A stretch of DNA of 55,541 bases from Eubacteriales bacterium (GTDB taxonomy: Bacteria > Bacillota > Clostridia > Oscillospirales > JAAYXM01). The notes beneath the pieces are model-generated. The model saw only the letters and a program-made list of their open reading frames with translations, ran no database searches and was not told the DNA's origin. The DNA lies in NCBI GenBank assembly GCA_045589235.1, contig JAZNOR010000080.1:1-55541 (forward strand), given 5' to 3'. The translations under genes were made by a program, and so were the position numbers. Numbering within the stretch: the first letter of the stretch is position 1; each line of letters begins with the position of its first letter. Shown here in pieces: positions 8,621-17,857 of this stretch.

Positions 8621-9406
8621 ATGAAAGCTTTGATTACGGGTGCAAGCTCGGGACTCGGCTATGAAATGGCGAAAGAGCTATCAGCTCGCGGATATGATAT
8701 AATCGCTGTTGCAAGGCGTGAAGAAAGACTTCTTAAGCTTAAGGAAGAGCTTAAAACAAACGTTGAAATCCTTGTCCTTGACGTCACCAAGAATGAAGAT
8801 TTAAAGACCATTGTTGAATAACTTTCTGATGTCAATGTGCTTGTAAATAATGCAGGCTTTGGCGTTTTCGGAGCACTTTGTGAAACGGATTTGGAAAGTG
8901 AACTCAAAATGCTTGATACCAATGTCCGCGCCGTGCATATTTTAACAAAAGCGGCGGCGAAAATCTTTAAAGAGCGAAACTCAGGTCGTATTTTAAACGT
9001 TGCATCACTTGCTGCATTTTTTGCAGGACCTCTCTTTTCATCGTATTATGCATCTAAAAATTATGTTCTGCGCCTCGGTCAGGCGCTTTCTGAAGAGCTT
9101 CGCCGTGCAGGGAGTAAGGTAACGGTATCCACTCTGTGCCCGGGTCCTGTCAAGACCGAGTTTTCAGATGTTGCAAAGGTTTCATTCGGCAATGGAAATG
9201 AAAAAGGTGCAGGGCTGGTTATGCTAACAAAAGAGAAAGTTGCAAAGTATGCAATAGATAAAATGCTTCGCGGTAAGAAAATTATAATTCCCGGCGCTAT
9301 TATGAAAATCGGCGCGTTTTTCAGGCGAATTTTACCCGAAGAAACACTTTCTCGCGCGCTTTATTTCATTCAGAGTAAAAAATGTGTTGACAAGAGAGAA
9401 AAATAG
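8621..9406 (+). pseudogene. short-chain dehydrogenase/reductase interrupted by one in-frame TAA at 8819-8821
   Basis: ITGASSGLG Rossmann motif before the stop; LVNNAGFG, NVAS, YYASK and LCPGPV after it in the same frame (8621 and 8837 differ by 216 nt). Confidence 0.85.
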
Positions 9407-9415
9407 TATTATCAT
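9387..9415 (+). promoter_or_regulatory. sigma-A promoter upstream of the glycine riboswitch
   Basis: TTGACA, 17 bp spacer, TATCAT. Confidence 0.65.
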
Positions 9416-9444
9416 ATCAGTGAACTAAATATTTGGCTATGTGA

Positions 9445-9621
9445 AGTATGCAGGAGAAAAGCGATAAGCTTTGCCGAAGGAGTAACGCTCTCAGGCGCTG
9501 GTTTCAGTAATGACTGCAGACGGATGGCGCTCCGGAGAAGTCCCCCTCATCCAGAAGGGAAAGGATGCCGAAGGTGTAAAGCTCGCAGTGCGGGTTAATC
9601 TCTCAGGCAAAAGGACGGAGG
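9445..9621 (+). ncRNA. tandem glycine riboswitch
   Basis: Two aptamers, each GGAGA...CCGAAGG...CTCTCAGG...GAC (about 9449-9519 and 9530-9620), upstream of an alanine/glycine symporter. Confidence 0.92.
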
Positions 9622-9641
9622 TAAATCTTTAAGGATTTGTT

Positions 9642-9678
9642 GCGGAGTTTTTGTATGTGTCAAAAACTCCGCTTTTTT
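9642..9678 (+). terminator. riboswitch expression-platform terminator
   Basis: GCGGAGTTTTTG-N7-CAAAAACTCCGC-TTTTTT. The 3' end of aptamer 2 (CGGAG) can also pair with CTCCG in the terminator. Confidence 0.8.
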
Positions 9679-9709
9679 GCGCTTCACGCAGCAAAAAGGA
9701 GAGAAAAAT

Positions 9710-11212
9710 ATGAAATGGATAACGGATTTTAACAATGTGGTTAACAGCTTTGTCTGGGGTAAAGGACTTTATCTTTTACTTGCGACGGGTGTTATTATGA
9801 CGGTGATAACCGGCGTGTTCCAGATAACACACATCGGGCACTGGTTCTCTGAAACACTGGGTAAGCTTCTAAAAAAAGATACCACAACAAGCGGCGGAAA
9901 ATCAATTTCGCAGTTCCAGGCACTTTGCACAGCTCTTGCGGCAACAATCGGTGTCGGTAATATCGCGGGTGTCGCGGCGGCAATTGTCGGCGGTGGTCCG
10001 GGTGCTGTTTTCTGGATGTGGATTGCGGCATTTTTCGGTATGATGACGAATTACTCCGAAAACGTGCTTGGCATCTTTTACCGCAGAAGAAGTGCTGACG
10101 GCGAATGGTCGGGCGGCGCAATGTATTATTTGCAGGATGGATTGGGTAATTTCAAAAATTGCAAGTGGATAGGTAAGCTCCTGGCAATTCTTTTCTCAAT
10201 TTTCTGTATCCTTGCATCCTTTGGTATCGGTGCAATGGGGCAGATTAACAAAATCGTTGTAAATATCGTTTCAGCTTTTGACATACCATCACTTTCGGGC
10301 AAGATTTTATATGATGGAGTTTCGGTATATCATGTTGTTATCGGCGTAATTCTTCTGGTTATTGCGGCGCTTATCACCATAGGCGGTCTTAAGAGAATTG
10401 CAGCCTTTGCAGAGAAGGTAGTGCCGGTGATGGTGGTGTTCTTCGTTCTTGGCTCACTTATTGTCATCGGTGTAAACTATCAGAATATCGGCGCAGCTTT
10501 TGCATCAATATTTGAGTATGCATTCACCGTTCCGGCGGCACTTGGCGGTGCGGCAGGTATTGCGGTCAAGGAGATTGTAACTCAAGGCTGTAAGCGAGGA
10601 GTATTCTCAAATGAAGCAGGTCTCGGCTCATCCGTTATGGTTCATTCAAATTCCAATGTTGTCGAGCCTGTTCGTCAGGGACTTTGGGGTATATTTGAGG
10701 TTTTTGCCGATACTATGATTGTATGTACAATGACAGCACTTGTTGTTTTAACATCCGGCTTTATTAACTTGGATACAGGCGCACTTGCAGCGGGACTTAC
10801 AGATGCAACGCTTGTTGGAAAAGCATTCTCCGGCGTGTTCGGAATCTGGGGCGAGAGATTTATCGCAGTTGCAATTTTACTTTTTGCATTTACAACCGTG
10901 CTCGGCTGGGACCATTACGGAACAAAGGCGTGGGAATACCTTTTCGGCACAAAATCTAAGATGGTGTATAAAATAATCCACCTTGTAACGATTATGTTTG
11001 GCGCACTTTTAACAAGCTCACTCGCGTGGGATATTTCCGATACATTTAACGGTCTTATGATGGTGCCGAACTTGATTGGTGTGCTTTCGCTTTCGGGTCT
11101 TGTTGTTAAAATTACGCGCAACTATATCGACCGTAAGCTCAAAGGAAAAGATATACCGCCGCTTCTTTCGGCATTCTCCGATGTTCAGGCGGAACAGGAA
11201 AAGAAACTGTAA
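9710..11212 (+). CDS. alanine/glycine:cation symporter (AGCS family)
   Basis: SQFQALCTALAATIGVGNIAGVA, GGPGAVFWMW, RGVFSNEAGLGS, FAFTTVLGW; RBS AAGGAGAG before ATG 9710. Confidence 0.93.
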   Translation: MKWITDFNNVVNSFVWGKGLYLLLATGVIMTVITGVFQITHIGHWFSETLGKLLKKDTTTSGGKSISQFQALCTALAATIGVGNIAGVAAAIVGGGPGAVFWMWIAAFFGMMTNYSENVLGIFYRRRSADGEWSGGAMYYLQDGLGNFKNCKWIGKLLAILFSIFCILASFGIGAMGQINKIVVNIVSAFDIPSLSGKILYDGVSVYHVVIGVILLVIAALITIGGLKRIAAFAEKVVPVMVVFFVLGSLIVIGVNYQNIGAAFASIFEYAFTVPAALGGAAGIAVKEIVTQGCKRGVFSNEAGLGSSVMVHSNSNVVEPVRQGLWGIFEVFADTMIVCTMTALVVLTSGFINLDTGALAAGLTDATLVGKAFSGVFGIWGERFIAVAILLFAFTTVLGWDHYGTKAWEYLFGTKSKMVYKIIHLVTIMFGALLTSSLAWDISDTFNGLMMVPNLIGVLSLSGLVVKITRNYIDRKLKGKDIPPLLSAFSDVQAEQEKKL

Positions 11213-11216
11213 AATT

Positions 11217-11249
11217 AAAAGCTTCTGATTTTTTAATCAGGAGCTTTTT
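11217..11249 (+). terminator. intrinsic terminator
   Basis: AAAAGCTTCTGATT...AATCAGGAGCTTTTT. Confidence 0.65.
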
Positions 11250-11320
11250 GCTATTTACAAACATACAATTTTTGCTATAATAAAAGTGTAAACCAAAACT
11301 TAATAAAGGAGATGTTTTTT

Positions 11321-12436
11321 GTGAAGAAAATTATTGCTGTTTTTATTGCTGTGTCAATTTTTGTATCTACTGCTTTGGCATCAAACAACCTTTCTAATTT
11401 TACTGAGAAAAACACCTACCTTGAAGGACAATTTTTTGATGTTTCGTCATATGCCTGGTATATGCAAAATGTTGTGAAGGCGTATGAATTGGGACTGCTC
11501 GGCGGCGTAAGTGCAAGAGAATTTGCGCCGGAGAAAAACATAACGGACTACGAAACGCTGGCACTCGCGTGCAGATTGCACAACATATATTATAATGTGG
11601 GCTTTGAATTCAAGCAGGGAAGCCCGTGGTATCAGGTGTATGTCGACTATGCGCAATCACGCGCCATTCCGTGCAAAAATTTAAATGGGAAGGCGGCAAC
11701 GCGAGAGCTTTTTGTAACAACGGTTGCGGCGGCACTACCGGATGCGGCATTTGAGGAAATAAACGAGATTTTACTTATTCCCGATGTTGTTGATGAAAAG
11801 GCAAGTTATTACGATGCAGTGCATAAGCTCTACCGCGCTGGTGTGCTTACGGGCAGTGGCGAGGAGGGTGAATTTTTACCCGATACAAATATTAAACGTT
11901 CAGAGGTCGCGGCGATTGTTACGCGCATTGCGGACACCGCACTGCGAATAAATTTCCGCCTGCCGAAAAAATCAGAGGAATATGCGGTTATTGAGGAAAT
12001 ATGCGCGAATGGCGATAAAGCATTTAATACTTTTGAATTGGGATTTGAACTTGTTGAGTATACCGTTTATACATACGAGGGCAGATTTTTAGATGAAGCG
12101 GATGATATATTCCACACAGCGGCGGTTCAGTATAGAGAAATTGTTGCCGAATGTGAAAAATACGATTTTTTAACTGATGTAAAGCCATATTTCGATTATA
12201 TGTTAGATTTTTGCGAACAATTTGCATATAAGGATACCACGTTAAAAAAGGCAACAGACAGATATTATGATTATTTGAGGGATATTGGCAAATCGCTGGC
12301 AACGCCGGTGCGCGTGATGCCGGGGACTATATCAGGTTCAAAGGAGATAGGCCACTTATACGGAAATCTTAAAACCAGACTTAATGAGCTTCGGGAGGAA
12401 GAAGCTGAAATGATAAAGGAGAAGAAAAATGTTTAA
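11321..12436 (+). CDS. secreted SLH-domain protein with an uncharacterised helical C-terminal region
   Basis: Signal peptide; SLH motifs FFDVSSYAWY...ELGLLGG and LYRAGVLTG...FLPDTNIKRSEVAAIVTRI; start GTG 11321 or ATG 11312. Confidence 0.8.
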   Translation: MKKIIAVFIAVSIFVSTALASNNLSNFTEKNTYLEGQFFDVSSYAWYMQNVVKAYELGLLGGVSAREFAPEKNITDYETLALACRLHNIYYNVGFEFKQGSPWYQVYVDYAQSRAIPCKNLNGKAATRELFVTTVAAALPDAAFEEINEILLIPDVVDEKASYYDAVHKLYRAGVLTGSGEEGEFLPDTNIKRSEVAAIVTRIADTALRINFRLPKKSEEYAVIEEICANGDKAFNTFELGFELVEYTVYTYEGRFLDEADDIFHTAAVQYREIVAECEKYDFLTDVKPYFDYMLDFCEQFAYKDTTLKKATDRYYDYLRDIGKSLATPVRVMPGTISGSKEIGHLYGNLKTRLNELREEEAEMIKEKKNV

Positions 12437-12707
12437 AATTTTTGTTACCTTCAAATGCCATGAGGGAAAAAGAGAAGAATTTACAAAGCGAGTGCGCGAT
12501 GAAGGAATTTACAATGCAATCCTCGCAGAAGACGGATGCAATCGCTATGACTATTACTATTCCGAAAAGAATAAAGACGAAATTCTTTTAATTGAAGAAT
12601 GGGAAAGCAAAAATCATCAGCAGGTGCATCTTGAAACTCCGCATATGGCACGTCTTCGTGCGTTTAAAGATGAATATGTTAAAGAAACGAGTGTAGAGGA
12701 GTTTTAA
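12429..12707 (+). CDS. ABM-family (putative quinol monooxygenase) protein
   Basis: 92 aa; AEDGCNRYDYY...LLIEEWES...HLETPHM pattern. Confidence 0.85.
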   Translation: MFKIFVTFKCHEGKREEFTKRVRDEGIYNAILAEDGCNRYDYYYSEKNKDEILLIEEWESKNHQQVHLETPHMARLRAFKDEYVKETSVEEF

Positions 12708-12709
12708 TT

Positions 12710-13810
12710 ATGATTAACCTGGCAGATAAAACACCGTGTGATTTACTTCTGTATCCAAATGATGAAAAGTATGCGGAGAACATCCGAGAGTTTCAGGGGT
12801 GCCCGACTGTTGCAGTGACACTCGGCGGAAGAATTTTCGCAGGCTGGTATTCGGGAGGCACCTGCGAGCCGCATATGGAGAATTACAGTATTCTCGTTAA
12901 AAGTGATAACGGGGGAGAAAGTTGGTCTGAACCCGTTCTCATAATTCCGTCGAGTAAAGAGAAAATGATTCACGCACTCGATATTCAGCTTCATATGACA
13001 CCAAACGGCGAATTACATGTGTACTGGATGCAGAATAACGTTGACCTTGAAGAAAACCCAAAGCCTGAAATCAAAGAAGGTCAGTATTGGTTTGCGATTG
13101 ACGGATATCAGTTCCTTGATTTCAAGCATGCGCTCTGGCGCAGTATTTGCAAGAATCCGGATGCAGATGTGCTTGAATTTACCGAGCCCGAATATCTTGA
13201 TATGGGTTTTCTGCGTTGCAAGCCGCTTATTCTGGATAACGGCAGGCAGATTAACTTTAACTACGACCAGTTGACTGACCGTTACGGTTACAGCATCTCT
13301 GACGATGGAGGAAAAACCTTTACACGCAAATACGGTGCAAAGAAAATTATAACCTATTACGAAGAGCCGATGGCATATCAGAGAGAAGACGGCAGTATCC
13401 GCGTTATGTATCGTAATTCCGAGGGCTTTATCGCCGAGAGCATATCAAATGATAACGGTGAAACCTGGACTGATGCAGCTCTTACTGACATAAAAAATCC
13501 GTCAGCACGCTTTTATGTATCAAGAACACCGTCGGGTAAAATAATATTGGTACATACCGACAATTCGGAAGCACGCATTGGTATGAGCGTGTGGCTGTCT
13601 GATGATGACGGCGCAACCTGGAAATATAAAAAAGAGATAGATAGCAGAGCATCTCTCTCTTATCCGGATGTTGATTTTTATGACGGTAAAATTTACCTGG
13701 TATACGACCGGGAGAGAACCGGTGCGAAAGAAATCTTGTTTGCAACCTTTACAGAAGCGGATATAATCGAAAATAATAAGATTGAGATAAAAATTTTAAG
13801 TAAACCATAA
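12710..13810 (+). CDS. sialidase-like BNR/Asp-box beta-propeller protein
   Basis: Four Asp-boxes (SDNGGESWS, SDDGGKTFT, SNDNGETWT, SDDDGATWK); SYPD...YDRER; no signal peptide. Confidence 0.85.
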   Translation: MINLADKTPCDLLLYPNDEKYAENIREFQGCPTVAVTLGGRIFAGWYSGGTCEPHMENYSILVKSDNGGESWSEPVLIIPSSKEKMIHALDIQLHMTPNGELHVYWMQNNVDLEENPKPEIKEGQYWFAIDGYQFLDFKHALWRSICKNPDADVLEFTEPEYLDMGFLRCKPLILDNGRQINFNYDQLTDRYGYSISDDGGKTFTRKYGAKKIITYYEEPMAYQREDGSIRVMYRNSEGFIAESISNDNGETWTDAALTDIKNPSARFYVSRTPSGKIILVHTDNSEARIGMSVWLSDDDGATWKYKKEIDSRASLSYPDVDFYDGKIYLVYDRERTGAKEILFATFTEADIIENNKIEIKILSKP

Positions 13811-13894
13811 TTTATTTGTTTATCTTCACGATTGACTTAAATGTAAAAAGGTTGTATAATTTTTAACAATGTCATATAAGGAGATGTATTAATA

Positions 13895-15139
13895 ATGCAG
13901 TTATTTGGTGGAGTAATTCCGATAACAGGTATTTGGTTTATGATGCTCTCTCTTTTTGCAATTCTGTTTTTGGGCTATGCGCTCGGCAGAATTACAATCA
14001 AGGGCGTGTCACTTGGAGACGCAGGTGTGTTTATTGTTGCGCTCCTGTTCGGTGCTCTCTTTTATAAGAATTTAAGTGCGCAGCTCAAAATCGGAGATGC
14101 AAGCTTTGTTAAAGATGCGCTCAAGGTTGTTGAAAATTTAGGTCTTGTTTTATTCGTAACTTCGGTTGGTTTTATCGCAGGTCCGAGATTTTTCGGTAAT
14201 ATGAAGAAAAACTTTAAATCCTATGTTTTAATCGGTCTTGTAATCATCGTGTCGGGCGGAATTGCAGCACTTTTGTGTATCTACATCGGCAAGGCAATCG
14301 GCTTTGGCGGCGTTATCGACAATGTATCCGATTTTGCTGAAATGATTGCAGGTCTGTTTGCAGGTGCGCTCACTTCAACTCCTGCATTCTCTGCTGCAAA
14401 AGAGGTTGCAGGCAATGCGGATTTAGTTTCAACAGGCTATGGTATTTCATATATTTTCGGCGTTATCGGCGTTGTTTTATTCGTTCAGCTTATGCCGAAG
14501 TTCTTGAAGGCTAATATGGAGGAAGAGAGAGCTAAAATCGCTCAGATTGATGACGGCTCAAAGAAAGCTTTTGCAGGTAAGTTATTTAATATCGACGACC
14601 ACGGTCTTGCAGTGTTCTCCCTTGCGGCAGTGCTCGGTGTTATTTTCGGTGCAATCAAGATTCCGTTATCAAGTGCAGGTCTTTCAGGTAACTGCTTTAG
14701 TTTAACAACAACAGGCGGATGCTTACTCGTAGCTCTCGTTTTAGGTCACTTTGGCAGAGCAGGTAAGGTTAATCTTATGCCGGCGCAGTCAGTGCTTAAG
14801 CTCTTCCGCGAGCTCGGTCTCGTTCTGTTCCTTGCCGGTGCGGGAATCTCAGGCGGTGCGCGCTTCGTTGAGCTCTTTGACCCGATGTACTTCGTATACG
14901 GCGCGATTATGACAATCTTCCCGATGATTATCGGTTTTACCTTCGCGAAGTTTGTGTTAAAGCTAAGCCTTTTAAATATTTTAGGCTCAATCACAGGCGG
15001 TATGACTTCAACTCCGGCGCTCGGAACACTTATCAATTCTGCAGGCACTGAGGACGTTGCGGCAGCGTATGCAGCAACTTATCCGATTGCACTCATCGCA
15101 GTTGTTTTCGTATCACAGTTTATAATAATTCTGTTCTAA
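13895..15139 (+). CDS. AspT/YidE/YbjL-family transporter without TrkA_C domains
   Basis: Duplicated membrane halves with GALTSTPAF and GGMTSTPAL; GLVLF...GFIAGPRF; only a short linker between the halves. Confidence 0.85.
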   Translation: MQLFGGVIPITGIWFMMLSLFAILFLGYALGRITIKGVSLGDAGVFIVALLFGALFYKNLSAQLKIGDASFVKDALKVVENLGLVLFVTSVGFIAGPRFFGNMKKNFKSYVLIGLVIIVSGGIAALLCIYIGKAIGFGGVIDNVSDFAEMIAGLFAGALTSTPAFSAAKEVAGNADLVSTGYGISYIFGVIGVVLFVQLMPKFLKANMEEERAKIAQIDDGSKKAFAGKLFNIDDHGLAVFSLAAVLGVIFGAIKIPLSSAGLSGNCFSLTTTGGCLLVALVLGHFGRAGKVNLMPAQSVLKLFRELGLVLFLAGAGISGGARFVELFDPMYFVYGAIMTIFPMIIGFTFAKFVLKLSLLNILGSITGGMTSTPALGTLINSAGTEDVAAAYAATYPIALIAVVFVSQFIIILF

Positions 15140-15145
15140 TATTTA

Positions 15146-15171
15146 CGGCGGTCTTTTGACCGCCGGTTTTT
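15146..15171 (+). terminator. intrinsic terminator
   Basis: CGGCGGTC-TTTT-GACCGCCG-GTTTTT. Confidence 0.75.
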
Positions 15172-15254
15172 ATAAATTAAAGTAAAATTGCACCTTGACT
15201 TTTCTATATAGAAATAGTATAATTCTCTTATGATACTGTTAGTAGGTGCATACT

Positions 15255-15926
15255 ATGAAAAAGTTTTTTAAAATATTACTGGTTATTATAGTAGTCATTC
15301 TGCTGATTTTAGGCTCGCTTCTTATTTGGCAATGGGATAATATTAGCGCAATAAGAACATCAGTCAAATACACTCCCGAAGTTATTGAAACGCTCGTTAT
15401 TGAAAATGAAAATAAAATAGATGAAGTTTTCGCAGAACTTACCGAAGGTGATGCGCTCGCTGAACTTACTGATGAAGAGCAAGAAAAGTTGCGTTCAGGT
15501 GAAATGACAGAGGAAGAAATTGAACACATTAAAGAAGTGCTTGAAACGCCTAAGGTTGAAAATAAGGAAATAGCGCCAAGTCGCGTTGATGAAATTATTT
15601 CAAAAATTTATCTTCTCCGTGCGGAATTTGTGAATCGTTTAAACGCGCTTGAGAGCGAGGCGTTATCTGAGAAACAAATAGTTAAAAAAGGCGGTCTCAG
15701 TGTTAGCAGGATACTGTCGTTTGTTGAAAAGTACATAGATAAAGCAACTGCGCTAGAAGCGGATTGCGACAGTAGGATGGAAACGCATATCAAAGAACTC
15801 GAAGCTGAGCTTAAAAGGCTTGGGCAAGACACAAGTATGATATCTGAGGTTCGTTCAACCTACAAAAATGAAAAAAGGTTGAAAAAATCTCAGTTATTCA
15901 ATAAATACAGCAAGTATTTAAAATAA
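15255..15926 (+). CDS. hypothetical N-terminally membrane-anchored acidic/coiled-coil protein
   Basis: MKKFFK followed by a hydrophobic stretch, then E/K-rich helical sequence; no recognised family. Confidence 0.7.
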   Translation: MKKFFKILLVIIVVILLILGSLLIWQWDNISAIRTSVKYTPEVIETLVIENENKIDEVFAELTEGDALAELTDEEQEKLRSGEMTEEEIEHIKEVLETPKVENKEIAPSRVDEIISKIYLLRAEFVNRLNALESEALSEKQIVKKGGLSVSRILSFVEKYIDKATALEADCDSRMETHIKELEAELKRLGQDTSMISEVRSTYKNEKRLKKSQLFNKYSKYLK

Positions 15927-15946
15927 ATATTAAGGAGTTGTACGTA

Positions 15947-17779
15947 ATGAAAAAAGCACTTTCCCTTATCATAGCAATTGTTATGATGCTCAATTTTGCA
16001 GCTTTTGCTGCGACAACACCATCAGCCGGTTCCGGCGGTAGCGGTCTTGGCAACACTACACAAAGCGGATCTGTTATTAACGGTGTACAGCAGTATGAAG
16101 ACCAGTATCTTTATCCGGGTCTTGATATGACTGTTCGTGAATCTGGTGGCACATATGCACACGGTCCGTTAACAATCAATGCTTCAAGCGCAACTGTTGA
16201 TTACAACGTTACACTTGACAAGGGTATCGTATATTCAACATTCGTTGATTGGTACGAGCGTATTAGCAAGTTTATCGACTTCTTCGTTAATAACTCAGGC
16301 TTAACTGATCAGACTGCTTTAGATACATTAAAAGCTAGATACCATGCTGAGTTTGAAGCTTTGGTGGTAACTGGCGAGTTCGTAATTGATATCACCTATC
16401 CGAATAGCCTTATTATTCCGGATTCTTTCCTTAAAGGAGGAAATATGGAAGGTTTTGACCAGGGCTCAAAGGATATCTACTACGAGGTTGGTACAAGAAA
16501 GCTCACAAAAGGTTCAACAACCAATAATCTCAAAATCACCGTTGACGTTCGCGATGAAGTTCACGGCGGTAAGCTTACTGCAGGTGCTCTCTATGCAAAA
16601 CATCACGAATACCTCGACGATATGCACTTAACTGCAGAAGGCGTTAAGATTCCGGCACCGGGCACATATACCGTTACCGGTAAAATGAGCGGTCATACAA
16701 ATATTGAAGGCTTGTTCAATGGCGTAACAAAGAAGCTCGTAATTTACTACACAGGTAAGATGATAGAGGCAGGTAAGGAGACAAATGCAAGCTCACCGTC
16801 TGTTGTAAGCACAACTGTTATCTTATCAGATGGCGGTTCAACCTCTACTCCGAGTGGTAACACAGGTGTAACTCTTGCTCCGATCCTTAAGTTTAATGTT
16901 GACGGTAACACAACACTCGTTCCGTCAGTTACCGGTAAGACTGTTGTTAAGTTTGAAGACCTTCCGAAGCCGACTAAGGCAGGCTACACATTCGACGGTT
17001 GGTACTACGACAGCGGCCTTAAGAATAAGGTTAACAGCGACGTTGTTGTTGACAGAAACATCACTCTCTACGGTCACTTCAAGAGCGAGACTCTTGAAAC
17101 TGAGGACCACTTCGCTTACATCGTTGGTTATCCGGATGGCGAAGTTAAGCCGCAGAACAACATCACTCGTGAAGAGGTTGCAACAATCTTCTACCGACTC
17201 CTCCGTGAGGATAAGCGTGCAGAAGTTACAACAACTAAGAACGATTTCTCAGACGTTGATGCAAGCAGATGGTCAAATAAGGCTATTTCAACTCTTGCAA
17301 ACGGCGGTTACATCAACGGTTACGCTGATGGTACCTTCGGTCCGGCTAAGCCGATTACTCGTGCAGAGTTTGCTACAATGGCAACAAGATACGCAGTGCT
17401 TGCAGGCGATAAGAACTTCAACTTCTCAGACGTTGTAAATCACTGGGCTAAGGATTACATCAACAAGGCAGCAGCTGCAGGTTGGGTTAACGGTTACTCA
17501 GACGGCACATTTGGTCCGCAGAAGCACATCACCCGTGCAGAGGTTATGACAATCATCAACCGTATGCTCGTAAGATACGTTGATGCTGATGGCGTTCATG
17601 CTGATGCTAAGCTTTGGAGCGATATGAACGGTTCTGAGTGGTACTACTGGACAGTTATCGAAGCAACCAACGCTCACGACTATGAGAGACGTGAAGACGG
17701 TAAGCTTGAGAAGTGGACAGCAATTACTGAAAACAAGATCATCAAGGAATTTGATGAGAAGGAAGCTCCGGAAGCATAA
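15947..17779 (+). CDS. surface protein: signal peptide, unknown N-terminal domain, InlB B-repeat-like (Listeria-Bacteroides) repeat, three SLH domains
   Basis: LPKPTKAGYTFDGWY...NITLYGHF repeat; three SLH motifs GYPDGEVKPQNNITREE, GYADGTFGPAKPITRAE and GYSDGTFGPQKHITRAE. Confidence 0.85.
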   Translation: MKKALSLIIAIVMMLNFAAFAATTPSAGSGGSGLGNTTQSGSVINGVQQYEDQYLYPGLDMTVRESGGTYAHGPLTINASSATVDYNVTLDKGIVYSTFVDWYERISKFIDFFVNNSGLTDQTALDTLKARYHAEFEALVVTGEFVIDITYPNSLIIPDSFLKGGNMEGFDQGSKDIYYEVGTRKLTKGSTTNNLKITVDVRDEVHGGKLTAGALYAKHHEYLDDMHLTAEGVKIPAPGTYTVTGKMSGHTNIEGLFNGVTKKLVIYYTGKMIEAGKETNASSPSVVSTTVILSDGGSTSTPSGNTGVTLAPILKFNVDGNTTLVPSVTGKTVVKFEDLPKPTKAGYTFDGWYYDSGLKNKVNSDVVVDRNITLYGHFKSETLETEDHFAYIVGYPDGEVKPQNNITREEVATIFYRLLREDKRAEVTTTKNDFSDVDASRWSNKAISTLANGGYINGYADGTFGPAKPITRAEFATMATRYAVLAGDKNFNFSDVVNHWAKDYINKAAAAGWVNGYSDGTFGPQKHITRAEVMTIINRMLVRYVDADGVHADAKLWSDMNGSEWYYWTVIEATNAHDYERREDGKLEKWTAITENKIIKEFDEKEAPEA

Positions 17780-17807
17780 ATTATTGCCACAAACAATTAA
17801 AGTCTTA

Positions 17808-17841
17808 AAAACCCGCCTCATTTAAATATGAGGCGGGTTTT
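17808..17841 (+). terminator. intrinsic terminator
   Basis: AAAACCCGCCTCAT-TTAAAT-ATGAGGCGGGTTTT. Confidence 0.75.
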
Positions 17842-17857
17842 AAAAAAGGAGAAGCAA

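Noticed and set aside
8819-8821. Stop-codon reassignment, selenocysteine or pyrrolysine in the SDR
   Set aside because: The codon is TAA, not TGA or TAG. TAA is the normal stop of most genes in the window, and no other gene shows an internal stop.
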